50,406 nucleotides of DNA from Girardia tigrina. Taxonomy: Eukaryota. The DNA lies in contig MQRK01203367.1 in assembly GCA_001938485.1 (NCBI GenBank), positions 35,436 to 85,841 of the forward strand, written 5' to 3'. Both the position numbers and the translations under genes were made by a program. Shown here in pieces: positions 27,652-40,264 of the stretch; position 1 is the stretch's first letter, and each line of letters starts with the position of its first letter. The notes beneath the pieces were generated by a model. It was not told the DNA's origin and ran no database searches. It saw only the letters and a list, made by a program, of their open reading frames with translations.

Positions 27652-27665
27652 GTTGTCATAGATAT
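27652..27665 (-). promoter_or_regulatory. RFX X-box immediately upstream of the CABCOCO1-like ATG
   Basis: Minus-strand ATATCTATGACAAC fits the relaxed X-box consensus RTHNYYWTRRNRAC, 6 nt before the start codon of a ciliary gene. Confidence 0.7.
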
Positions 27666-27989
27666 GAGATTGAAATGATCAGTTTAAACAAAATTAAATT
27701 TGTACTTTGTATTTGAAATTTGAGAATTAATTTTCATTGTTGAAAGTTAATTTTTGAAAAATAATAATTATAAATTTTGTTATAATTTCAATTAATTAAA
27801 ATTAACTTGTTCTTGATCTTCAAATAATAACTTTTCGAATTTCATCTTGTTATAATCGTCACATCGTAATGTCAATGTAGAATCACTCGCAATAATAACT
27901 TCATATCAATTAGGGTTATAATGCAAGAAGAACTCATTTATAATTTAAAACGAATTGCCGGTCTTGTGAATTCCAGTCCATTTTGTCTC

Positions 27990-28270
27990 AAACAATTGTT
28001 CAAAGTGTTAATTATTTTTGTTAATATCTTGGTATTATTTGAGGAGTTCATAGGAAATTCTATAAAGTGAAGACTCCCAACTCATTTACATGGCATACAA
28101 CCAAAAATCATTATATTCTCAGGAAATTTCAGAGTTCGCTTGAAACACTCCGATAAAAATAACTCGGTATAATGTCTTAAGACCGATTTCCCATTTTAGC
28201 TCATAGAATATTCGAAACTAAATTCTTCTGAACAAATAACTTAATTCCAATCATTTTGGCTCCATTTACT
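27990..28270 (-). pseudogene. Tc1-like transposase fragment
   Basis: Manual translation WSQNDWN*VICSEEFSF...CFKRTLKFPENIMIFGCM..VGSLHFIEFPMNS, the Tc1 FSDES...VMVWG..G.G.L pattern. Confidence 0.7.
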
Positions 28271-28354
28271 ATGACTATCTGTGTTTGATTTGCATTGGGA
28301 GAAGGGGCAATGTTACCGAGTTCCCCAGTGCAAATTTTGCAATTGCGGAGCGCA

Positions 28355-28387
<33 letters not shown>

Positions 28388-29485
28388 NNNNNNNNNNNNN
28401 NNNNNNNNNNNNNNNNNNNNNNNNNNNNNNNNNNNNNATATATATATATATATGTATATAAGCGATTGCCGAATTATCGATTGGGTTACTTTGGCTGTGT
28501 CAAGAAAATTAATTGAAGGCATGAACATAGTTAAAAATGGTTCTTGGGGTGCTTGGAAAACCCTTTTAGAATTGGGAATTCGGTCGTCAAATAGTGTTGT
28601 TGGCATCGAAGAATTAGGGAATGTGAAAAAGGCTGTAGCCAGACGTATTATATCAATTTCAGCTTAATCAATTTGGCAAGTGATGATTGTTGTAAACCTT
28701 CACGTGTAGAACTAGAAAGAAATCATGTAATTCGTAAAGTTTCTTTAAAGAGTTATCGAAGAAATCAAATTTCATTATCACATCTTAAAAATGAAGAACG
28801 CTGCAATTCTTTTCCTGGAACAATCAACAAAACATGATGAAATTAATCTAAAATTTCTTGAATTGCAAATTCGGACAATTCAGGAAAAGGAAAATAAATA
28901 AATCATAAGTTAATAGCAAATTGTCTAATTCGAGACAGTGTTTCTGCATCTTCTAAACCTTTAAAAGGGGTATCAAACTCATCAAAAAAGTTACCAAAAT
29001 GCAAAAGTCAAACAAATTTACAAATTCTGATCCAAACAAATTGTCGATTGACATTTTCTGATTTTCTGTATTTATTTATTTTTTTAATGGTTTACGAATG
29101 AATAATGTTGTGTTTAGTTTTAGTGGACCGTTTTTTTATTTCCATTCAATGATTAAATAAAGTATTGGTTTTAAAAAAATTCAATTAAATAAAGGCTTGT
29201 ATTTTTTCGCTAAGTATTTTAATAAAATGCTAAGTTTTTATTTTAAAAATGCTATATTTTTAATAATAATGCTAAGTTTTTTAATAATGCTGTTGGGGTT
29301 CCAAAATTCATCTTTTAAAAGAAAATTATTTTTGTGTTTCGAGAGTCAGATAAAAAAGAATTGAATAAACAAATAATTTGAATTCCCAACGCCAAAATGA
29401 TAAAAGCTCAGGTTCTATTCATAAAGTCACAAAAATTCAAAACACTATGAAAATATAATTCTTTATTAAAACCGATTTATTTCAA

Positions 29486-29965
29486 TCAATGAGCAGTGCT
29501 CTGGAAGTTTTCTTTGGTCATCCAAGCCTTCTTTTTTCCCCAATGGGCATGTGTTTTGAGCTTCAAGCGTATAGTTAGTTCTAAAAGATGCTTACAGACA
29601 AAACATTTCAGAAAGTATGGACAAGTGCATGAACCAGCATGCCAATTTTCATTGTTTCGTGGATGAATTACAAACCAAACAGTAAAAGCCTTTACTTTAA
29701 AGTCATCAAAAGTTGACCATCTCATCTCCTCGACAATTTTAATTTCATCATCAGTAATATTTTGCTTATGAGCTGCAGGAACAAAATATATAAATTCAAA
29801 TTCTGTTTCTCTAAGGCTAATATCTTTGTTCATTGTGGTTCACTGATATACTATCGTCCATTCTTCTAAAGATGGTTCTGTTTTTTCAAAAAAGATTTTA
29901 TCTTTATTCTTATACAAATTAGACCATCTTTTGATTGAAGTTAATGAAAGTTTCATAAATCTTCC
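29486..29965 (-). pseudogene. MULE/Mutator-type transposase, C-terminal part with SWIM zinc finger
   Basis: CTCPYFLKCFVCKH SWIM motif; upstream GRFMKLSLTSIKRWS continues the 31783-31990 fragment. Confidence 0.8.
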
Positions 29966-30083
29966 TGGTCGCGCTGCGATAGCTTTCGACCCTTTATTTG
30001 TAATTTAAATTAAATTAATAAAAAAAATTAGTTAAAATAAAAGTAAAATTAAATCATTTAAATAAAATTTAAATTAATTAAAT

Positions 30084-30127
<44 letters not shown>

Positions 30128-31782
30128 AGATCATCACATTCAAATGGTTTTGTGATGATTGCCGCTTTCTATTTTTATTCACAATTATTTTTTTTGCTTA
30201 TAAATCAATAGAACAATAAGTCAATTTTGTCAAATATGTTATTAAATAAAACTCGAGCTTTGTGTGTATCGATTACAAACAATAACGTGAAAGTAATCAA
30301 CAATAGGACTCCGAGTTGTGTGTTGATCGCACCGATACTTAATTATTTCGATTTGCAAATATCATTGGAATGATTTCTAACCAATCAAACTATCGAAAAT
30401 TTTCTTTGTTATTGAATTGTGTAAATACGTCATTTAAATAAGCCAGTGGTCGTGCATGGGTGTGTGTGTGAGTGTGGAAAGTGGAATGTTATTGGTTGTT
30501 TGTGTGTGTCATGTGACAGGATTTGAAAAAAAATTAATCACAATTTTTTGAAAAATAAAAATTTGAATTGGAGATGCGTCAATTGTTTTTTATTATACAG
30601 TTTTCAAATAATCTAAAAGTATAAATCGCCCAATGATCATTCAACAGTTGGAGAAGGATCATCAAATTTTATTTTTAGTTACAAATAACCTTATTGATTA
30701 TGTCGATAACTATCGAAAATCAGAATGTGATTTAAATGAAAAACAATCTCACATATTTGGACGATAAATTTCCACATGACACTCAAATTGAAGAAAGATT
30801 AGAACTGTTAAAATTTTTACTTTATGATGGATCTTTTATAATGAATAATAAACTTCTTACTTTCATTTGGAGTTGTCTTCTAGTGCTATGCGATTCAAAT
30901 AATTCTAGTGTTTTACCTGATAGGGATCAGTGTTTTAAATGGCTTTCAAGTCTTATGGAATTCGAAAATAATCCATTTAAAAAAAGATACGATGGAAGAC
31001 TTTTTCTTAAAAAATATTTTGAAGCTCGATCCTAAGCTTCTAACATTGAGTGGAATATTGTTATTTGAACAATTTTTTCGATCAATTAATGTCAAAAAAG
31101 GAAATTTCCAAGAACGAGATCCCGAAACATATTTTGTTACTAACACAAATCTAATAGGTTTAGATTATTTGTGGAGATGTGCTATGCTTTGTGTCGACGA
31201 TGAAGTCTTTAATAAAACTATATATATCTTATATATATATACGATAAATCTCAATTTGACTTTAATCAAGGAAAGAAATTCCATCAATGTCGAATTTATT
31301 CAACATTGTTTTTCAATAATAAGAACAGCATTCAATACGGCAAAATGCTATTTGGCGAAATGTCATACTGTCTCAACTTTAAAGGATAATTATGAAGAAA
31401 ATTATTACGAAGTTTCATTTGAGATTAAAGAATCAATAAACAAATTGACAAATATCATACAATTCCTGTGTGAATTTGTTCGAGAATGTGATAATCGATT
31501 TACAGTTGAGCGTAAAAATCCAATACTGTACAGAATAACATCTGGAAACTTTCGGAGAATTACAATCATGTTTAATTACTGCTTCGGTCAAAATAACTCA
31601 GTGCGACTCGATGATTTTGATGATCACTCAAATGAATTATTTCTGAACCTACGGAGAAAGATCGAGCCACACTGACAAGAATTATTGAAGGATGAAGCGG
31701 AATCATCGTCCTAAAAGTCATTCGAACCAAAATTATCAGAATCTGATTATGATTTACGAAAACCCTCTGCTGAGATACAACA
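29966..31782. mobile_element. 1817-bp insertion with TG...CA ends and 5-bp TSD CTTCC, carrying a USP9X-like fragment
   Basis: CTTCC at 29961-29965 and 31783-31787; removing the insert and one copy restores MULE frame YPLGRFMK. Confidence 0.8.
30601..31675 (+). pseudogene. USP9X: USP9X/fat facets (USP24-related) deubiquitinase, internal non-catalytic fragment with two frameshifts
   Basis: HDTQIEERLELLKFLLYDG, DRDQCFKW, LKLDPKLLTLSG, LIGLDYLWR and FIQHCF are collinear with recalled USP9X motifs (ERLNFLRFLLKDG, DREACFKW, LIGLDYLWR, FIQSCF); begins after a pyrimidine-rich TATACAG acceptor at 30600; frameshifts near 30730 and 30980. Confidence 0.85.
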
Positions 31783-31990
31783 CTTCCTAGTGGATACCTT
31801 TCTCTGAATGTATCTTCGTTTTTAATGACATCATTAAATGATTCTAATGTATTATTTGTAGGTGTTCTTTTCTTTACACTTTCATACCAATTTGAATGAC
31901 TAGAGAACCATCCAGAACTAAACATATAATCGATGAAGCCTTGCTCATTTCTCCATTTTATGACAAAGCATTCCATTGCTTTATAAAAAA
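31783..31990 (-). pseudogene. MULE/Mutator-type transposase, central part
   Basis: FIDYMFSSGW...TPTNNTLESFNDVIK (TNN..ES.N motif with catalytic E)...RERYPLG. Confidence 0.8.
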
Positions 31991-33490
31991 TTTTTTTAAT
32001 GCTAAAAAATAATTTAAAAATTTTAAAAAAGTTATTACTTAGCATTCTATTAAATAACTTAGCAAATATAAATAAAATAAAAATAAGAGTAAAATTTAAA
32101 TATGGAAATTGAATTTGAATCAAGTCCACGCCATGTAGCGTGAGGTCATTTGACCTAATTATTGACTGCTTGTAATTGGTCAATACTTGATTCAATTGGC
32201 CTAGTGTGTGTGTGCTCGTTAAAAATTATGAGGTTGTTGGGTGAAATATATGTTTTTGAGTGAATGAATTATGAATAAATGTGGTCTCAATAAAAATTTA
32301 AAAATTTTTTTTCTTTTATAATTGAATTCAAATGTCAGATAAAGAGTGTTTAAGGAAAATGAGATCGTTTTTTCATTGAGGAGAGATGAGATTTATGACT
32401 TCAATTGCGAGTATTGATGATCCGAGAATCATTAACCGGTTAACCGATGAAGAAAAGATTTACGTGTTTCTTTTGTTAAAGATATGTATGATAATGATTT
32501 TAATTATGGATGAACAACACTACAGTCCGCGTGGATCTGCAAACTAATCACAAAAATACAGCGATCGACGTCACAAATGTTTTCAAATATTTGAGCTCAA
32601 ATGCATTTCCATGCATGATCAGCGACCCAAAAAATGAGATTCGTAAAGATTTCGAAACATTTTGTCAAATCAGCAAAACAAGGCAATCCTAGCATTGGAG
32701 AATGTTTGCAAAAAAAGAGAGGAGAATTTTTTTAGAAAACAATCTTTAAATTTCAACTATTCGTGTTTCTGTTGAAGCAAAAGCGAATCCAGACGTCAAT
32801 TTCCGGGTTTATATACAATGTCCTTGCGATGATATGAATCCGATCGGAGAATTAGATGCGAAAATAAATTGCATTAAAAAGTGCCTTTGGAATGTGAGAG
32901 ATAAAATAAATTTTGATGAAATTCTCGCAACTGAAAACCGGGTGAATGTTGGATTGCTAGGCGCGTACAACATCGTGTCGTTGCTTCTGAAGCGGCTGCA
33001 GGAAATAACCTAGAGAATATCGATAGAAGACATGGTGAATGAGATGAACGAAATGAGCAGCGAGGGAGACGACCGTCACAGGTCAAAGTTGGGTACTGGT
33101 GAGACTCAGTTGTATTTCCTTCCCCCCCTGTCCCGAGATCAATGATTTCTCAGCCCCGGGACCCCGCATCCATACTGCGCCCGCTCTCATATCAACAATG
33201 GGCCTATTTAAGTCTCTTTATCTTCTACATTAGTATCAGAAACGACTTATTTTTAGCCATATAAAATGTTATGTAATGCCTATATTTCATTAAGATAATC
33301 TCTTATAGTAGAATAAATAACATAATTCGTGCATTCGGCTTAGACAAGTACAGACGGAGAAGATCAAAAGCCTGTTTGCATACTTCGTTTCTTGATTACT
33401 TGAGCAGTAACATGAATATATTAGGTAATTAACCTCTTCCAACACTTGTTATCATTCAACATTGATTGTCCAGATGTTTTTGGTGATGAG

Positions 33491-33570
33491 TAGGGATACT
33501 ACGATTCCGTGGTACGCGAATCCCGCGAAATACCTCGGAAAAATGAAATATCCACGGAATCCCGCGGAAA
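33491..33570. mobile_element. Possible hAT-like left terminus
   Basis: TAGGGAT start followed by CCGCG/CCGTGG-type subterminal repeats; no partner end or 8-bp TSD found. Confidence 0.3.
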
Positions 33571-34665
33571 ATAACATTGCATGATCAATGATTTTTTATT
33601 AAAATTAAAAATTGTAAAATGAAAAAAAATAAACTAATTTAATTTAATTTGGGATAATAATTTTAAATCAATATTAAAAAAATGTTTTAACATTTGTTTA
33701 AAAACATTGCATTTTTTTCAAATTGCATTATATACAACTTAACAATCTATTAGGGCATTTTCATTTTTCGTTATAAAAAATAATACATCAATCTTTTATA
33801 TATATTTAATCCGGCTCGAGTGAGGTCGGGTATGTCATTCCAGAGAACTTTTTAAAAGTAGATTTTTTATGTTACTGTTGTCAAGCCAATTCTGTCATTT
33901 CAGTAGCTAGAGATAAGGGTGCAAAGGGGTTAGGTAGAATATCGAGTTTAGTGTATCTCATACGTTTAGGTTATCTCTTACCCGCCTCACAACTGATGAA
34001 ACTTTTTCTCACCTCACTCACACTGGATTAAAACAATTTTTGTATTAAAAAAAGTAAAAATTGAGTAATAATTATCAAATACAACCATATAATTATTCAT
34101 TAATATATTTATTGTAGATTATAATTAATTCAATTATTTTCTTTACAATCAATTAATATCAGCAAATTTTCAGTAAAAAAATATAATTTATACTTCGGCT
34201 TTTATTTTCTTTGACTTAATAAAATCGTCGTCATCGTTCTTCCTTTCAGAATATTTCCTTGAAACGTTCTCCGAAGAAATTTTAAATTTATTAATCTTTT
34301 TATGGTAAGTAAATTATAAATTACTTTATTATTAAATAAATTTATAAGTTTATCATATTAACTTAATAATATTTTTAAAGTTAATTATTTATGTCTTTTG
34401 AGGTAATTGAATAGTTCCTTCTCTTTAATGTTTTGAATGTGCCGTGACAATTTATTTGCAATTATTTCTGTTAAACTGATCATATAAAACTTTATTAATT
34501 CAAGTTTGTTCAATATAAAATTATTACTTTGTTAACAGTTTATATTTTCTGTGAGATAGTTTGTATGATCTAACTATTTTTGTTGATTACAGAAAAATGG
34601 GTCAAAAATATACATGATGTACCCTCAAAGTTTCTTGACTACCCCCGTTACAAATGAAATAGCTA

Positions 34666-35458
34666 TTTTGGGGTTACTTTTGGTGAACTTTAAATTTTTG
34701 ATATTTTTTAAAAAACATATTTATATTTTAGATAAATTAAAAATAATGTTCGACTAATTAAAATGAAATAATCTTTTAAATAAAAAATTTAAGTTTATAG
34801 ATAATATTTTTTTACTAATTAAAATAAATAAGATTTTATAAAATATATATTTTATAGGTAACATTTCTACCAATTAAATTGAAATAATTTTTGTAAAAAT
34901 TATATTTCACAGATAGTATATTACTAATTAAAATGAAGTAAGTTTTGTAAAAATTTTAGAGTAATGATAATATTTTAATTAAATTGAGACAAATTTTTAT
35001 AAAAATTAAGTTTTAAAAATTCACAATAAAAATATCATCTTCGAAGTTAAAGAATATTGTAAAGAAGATTTTGATATATTTTGTAACTCTATTTAAAGTA
35101 AAATTAGAATGTTTATTGTACACAGAAAGTTTTATTAAAAAAAATAATTTAAAATGGAATGACTTAAAATTAAAGAAAATTATTTAGGAATTAAATTTTT
35201 TACAGGATATGTCCATTAAAATATTTCTAAAGATCTAAATTTATAAACATTGTAAAAAAATTAATAAAACAGAAACAAAATAAGATTTTTGCAAAATTGA
35301 AGAAAATAACATCGATATTATTATTTATATTTAAAAATTTTAGATCTGGATTATGTAATCGAAATATTGTTCCTCATAAATTTGTTTCAATAATGAAAAT
35401 TGTAGTAGAAATAAAGTTTACAAAATTATGACTTCGAATTTTAATCACGAACCTATTA
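34666..35458. mobile_element. Solo-LTR-like insertion with 5-bp TSD AGCTA
   Basis: AGCTA at 34661-34665 and 35459-35463; termini TTTTGGGG...CCTATTA; both ends homologous to 19828-20689. Confidence 0.85.
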
Positions 35459-36119
35459 AGCTAAAAAAACTATTTTTGATTAATTAAATAGATAATTTAT
35501 TGGTTTTTTAAACAATAAAATCGCGTTAATTTCTACATTCATTTAAAAGGAAGTTGAGAATGAAGTAGTAAGAAGTGCCGGTCATTGGATATAGTTGTGA
35601 CGGCCGACATTTCTTATTTGTGCAGAGGTGTACCGGCGGGAGAGAACAGCCGACCGCTTCGCTATCACTTGAGATCCCCGCATGTCGAATGCCCACAAGT
35701 CGAAGAGTCGCTTCGAGTGGCTGTTGCGGTTGATGTGCGCCGGTTTTCTGCTGTGCACCGCCGAACGTAGGGCGGTGGGTTCCGCTTTGAACCGTTGGCG
35801 TCTCCCCTATCCTCTCGAGCGACACCAGACGGTTTCGTGGACGGGCAACGTGTACTGATAGTGCCCCGCTAATGGACAAGTGCCGGTATCTTCGGTCGAT
35901 CTTTGTTCATTTTTTTACAAGTAAATTCATGAAAAAACATTTATATTCGGTAATAAGATTTTTTTATTCAAAATTGGACTACATTACTTAATATTATTAA
36001 AACAAATATAATTTTTGTTTACAAATAATAAATTTTTATTTTCAATCGTTTGTTGAGTTATGTAAATAATATATCATTTTATTTATTTTATTTTGTGTTG
36101 TTTGCTTATAAAAAGCATA

Positions 36120-39100
36120 TTCTTGCGATAGAACAGCTCCAATGGAATCAAAACTTGCATCGGTATCTAAAATAACTTCCTTCTCAAAATTAGGATAAGC
36201 TAGAACTGGTGTCTTCAATAACGCTTCTTTCATTTTCATAAACGCATCATTGTATGTTTCTGTCCATATCAGTTTGTCCTTGTTAAGCCCACATAAACTT
36301 TCTAAATTCTTTGAATATTTAGAATAATCCTTGATAAACTTACGATAATAATTGCATAATCCTAGAAAACTTCTTAAGTTTTTTAAACATTTCTGTTTCT
36401 CATAATTAATTATTGATTCAATCTTACTTTCATCTACCTTTATACCTTTTGAGCTTATAATATGTCCAAGAAATTTTGTTTCTTCTTTAATAAAATGACA
36501 TTTTTCTGGATTTATTCTTAATCCCGCATTTCCTATTTTCTGAAAAATTTTATCTAAACGTTGAAAATGTTCCTCCAAAGTTTTTGAAAAAATCAAAATA
36601 TCGCCTAGATAAACAATTTCCTCCTTCCAATGCATATCACCAAGAACTATTGTCATCAGTTTCTGGAACGTCGCAGGTGCTGCTGCTATTCCAAAAGGCA
36701 TCCGATTGAAGCAGAATTGTCCAGTTTTTGTTGAGAATGCCGTCTTTTCTTGTGACTCTTCATCCAATTTCACTTGATAATAAGCATTACCTAAATCAAT
36801 GGTACTGAAATACCGAGATCCATTTAGAATATCCAACATTTCTTCTATATGAGGCATTGGAAAGGCTGGTCTTTCCGTTATCTTATTAAGTTGCCGAAAA
36901 TCTAAACATAATCTTATGTCTTTCTTTTCCTTTTTCCAGACACAAACCATTGGTGTATTCCACGGAGAGTTGCATTTCCGAATTATTCCCTTCCTCTCTA
37001 AATTTCATATGGCTTCATCAATTTTATCCTCTAAATTTATGGGCTGACGTATCGGTTTGATATTTATAGGTCCTCCATTAGTTAATATCCTGTGTTTCAT
37101 AAGTTTTGTGCATCCTATATCCCATTAATGTGCCATGAAAACATTTTTGTGCTTCTGCATTACTTTATATAACTCCGATTTTCAATCAATATTAAAATGT
37201 TTTATCGCCTTATCAAACCTTTCAAGTTCAGTAACTTGTTTCCCAAATTTCGCATCTATGTTGCAAATATAGTTATTTTGAATATTTTCGAAGTCATTAT
37301 CTTTACAATTATTTAAATTCTCTTCTAAAATTAATTTGAAGTTAAATTTATTTAAGAAATTCATTCCTGCAATTATTTTGGAGTAACTTTATCAGCAATA
37401 TAGAATTCTATGTCATCACTATGACAATCAATTTTAACATTAATAACTACTTTTCCATAGATTTTCAACGAACTATCATTCGCACAATATATTTTATCTT
37501 CTGAACCCGTTACATTCACGTTCTTTAATCTTTCAATCAAACTTCTATCACACTTATATGGGCGCCTGTATCTAAAAGACAATATGCAAAGATTTCGTTA
37601 ATCCTAATCTTAATACTAGGCCTACCATTCATAATCTTATAAGTGATTTTCACCTTATTGTTGAGGCATGAGATATTACTATTTACATTTTTAATTTCAT
37701 CTAACGAATAAATTTTTAAATCATTATTCAAATAAAAATTATCATCATAAAAAAATTACACTCATTCGAAATAGAATTACTTTTAACATTTTTATTTGTA
37801 GTAATTTTATTTCGTTTATTTTCAATACGTACATTTTTACATTTATTATTTTTATTGTCACTATTTTTACTAAAATAATCAAAATTACTAGATTTATTAA
37901 AATTTAAAATATTACGCTTTTTATAAAATAAACTATTTACATACGGATCGAGAACAAAATTANCTCTATTTAGTGGATGGCTCCAATCACCTCTCCTGAA
38001 GACGGAGCCCGATCTTTTGAATAACCATCATCAATTTCGTCATCATATTCTCCACGTTCTACGAGTCTCATCTCTGAATTGATTGCAGCGACATTGTCAT
38101 TTCTTCTTTGTCTGAAGTTGTTAAATCTAAAATTCCCACTTTGATCTTGTTGTTTCTCCAAACACTGGTAACTGAAATGTCCTTGCTACTTGCATGTTGA
38201 GCAGCATATGTTTGAGCATTTCCTTCGGATATGACCTTCTTCTTTGCATGCATAGCATTGGATTTTCCGAATTTGGTTGCAGTTTCTGTTGGAATGCCCT
38301 TCTTTTTTGCAGTTTGCTATCTTCTTTCTGATTCCACATCTTTGAATTCACATAATATTTTATCTGATTTGAAGTGTTTCTCGAGAAGTTATTTGCTGGT
38401 ATATTCTGAAAGTTTCTTTTCTTTTTCACCATCTGAGCAAAAGTTCTTTTTCGATTGAGGACTGCTACGTCGTTGTCTTCTAGAACATATTCCATTTTCT
38501 TGACAATACTTTTGATGTCTTCAATTTTCGTCGCATCGCGCATTTTTAATTCTTTTTTTGTTTCCANNNNNNNNNNNNNNNNNNNNNNNNNNNNNNNNNN
38601 NNNNNNNNNNNNNNNNNNNNNNNNNNNNNNNNNNNNNNNNNNNNNNNNNNNNNNNNNNNNNNNNNNNNNNNNNNNNNNNNNNNNNNNNNNNNNNNNNNNN
38701 NNNNNNNNNNNNNNNNNNNNNNNNNNNNNNNNNNNNNNNNNNNNNNNCAACCGTTCATCGAATTTGGTTATCTTCGGATCCACAGCTTCATAAATTGAAA
38801 TGAGATCCTTGGCCAACAGTCCTTTGACGAATACATTTTGGATATCTCCTTCAATTTTGGAAATTTTAAAGAATCTATTGCAATCTGTAATAAATTCATT
38901 GATGTCTTGTTGTCCATTAAACGCTTCCGGAATCATATGATTGAGGAAATTTGCATAGGTCGTCATGTTAGAAGACAAAAGATCTGCACTAAAATATATT
39001 TAAATAAACTAAATCACAAACACACATACATCAGTTATATACAGAATAAATGGAGAGTCAAAGGTTAACTCTGCTCTCGACCCCGTAATAGTTATATAAT

Positions 39101-39182
39101 ACAAATTTAGAATTATTCTAAATTTGATGATTGCGCAATATTTTATTTAATTAATTTAAATTTAATTCTATAATATCTCACA
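36120..39182 (-). mobile_element. 3'-truncated Ty3/Gypsy element: 5' LTR 39182-38966, PBS, gag, PR, RT, start of RNase H
   Basis: LTR TGTGAGA...TCTAACA then TGACGACC (TGGCGACC variant); gag IPEAFNGQQDINEFITDCNRFF; protease CLLDTGAHISV; RT TIDLGNAYYQ, MPFGIAAAP, YLGDIL; RNase H LDTDASFDSIGAVLSQ where it is cut off. Confidence 0.93.
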
Positions 39183-39199
39183 ATATGGAAGATGGGAGA

Positions 39200-39710
39200 A
39201 CTTTTTCAACTTTTCTGGAGGAATAATTTTATCCTTAAGTATTTTGTTGTAAAAAGTGATTTGGAAAATTTTGGTCCCCTTCATCATAAGACTGTGTTTG
39301 TAGACCTTGGGAATTTTGAATGCTTGAAACTGAAGGAGGCAAAAATGGTTCAGGTATAAATTTCACTTCTAAGTTTCAAGCAACAATTATCTTCTGTACA
39401 TTTTACGAAAATATTGGCTTGCATGAATTTGCTTCGCAAAACAATCAGATAACATATTGATCAAGTCATTGGCTTACAATTCAGAAACATAAGATTGAAT
39501 ATACTCTGACAATGTTTGGTATCCACCAAATATCAAATTAGACCAGATTTCTGAAAGCACTTTTCCTGCATGCTCAAAGTTTAATTTCCCCAAGTCTTAG
39601 TCAATAAATGAGTTCCAAAGTGATCATGTGTCATTATTACACAAGTTAGCTCTTTTGATAACAGTGCCATTCTGCGTACTACTATATTAAATGCATTTGA
39701 CCTGGTAATA
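39200..39710 (-). pseudogene. DNA transposase fragment (DDE-type, superfamily not assigned)
   Basis: Manual translation RSNAFNIVVRRMALLSKELTCVIMTHDHFGTHL...NFEHAGKVLSEIWS resembles the SAFNxVERRMAPLS motif I recall from invertebrate transposases. Confidence 0.55.
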
Positions 39711-39949
39711 AATAAATATATATCCTATACAACGTCAAGTATGTGGGTTTGTGTACGCTGTTATTTATTTCTTTTTATTATTATTTTTATTATGATCTTT
39801 CGTGAGTTTGTTAGTAGTAATGTGATATTCCTATTATATTATCTTATAACATTTTTGTTGTCGGATAGCCCCATCTTTATTTTCCTTAATTATTTTTTAT
39901 ATATAAATAAAAATTAATTATGTCAAAAACAGTTACCAAAGTTATAAAT

Positions 39950-40163
39950 AAAAAAAATAAAATTTTAAATTCAAATTCAAATATAAAATCCTTTACAATA
40001 ATATTAAATTAAAATTTCGAATATTAAATCTAAATTTGAATAAATTAGTTTCAGATAAAAATTAAACATTAATCATCCATCTGATTAGGAGAGACACAAT
40101 CCCAAATCAACACACAACATTGAAACAATACAAAAAACATCAACATTCCAAATATTCCTCACA
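39950..40163 (-). repeat. Solo/partial LTR related to the LTR ending at 16986
   Basis: Shares AATATTAAATCTAAATTT..TTAGGAGA.CACAATCCCAAATCAACACACAACAT..AATATTCCTCACA with 16830-16986. Confidence 0.8.
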
Positions 40164-40264
40164 AAATCAATTATCTTTTAGTACCTTGGATTGTCATCAG
40201 GGCCTCCATCATCAATGGTGACAATAATCGGTTTAACAACATTCTATGATTTTAAATGTTTTTA

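Noticed and set aside
31572-32195. 207-aa minus ORF as a real gene
   Set aside because: Chimera of AT-rich sequence, a MULE fragment and read-through into the antisense of the USP9X insert.
38455-38803. ORFs spanning N runs (also 28295-28606)
   Set aside because: Artefacts of assembly gaps and (TA)n tracts.
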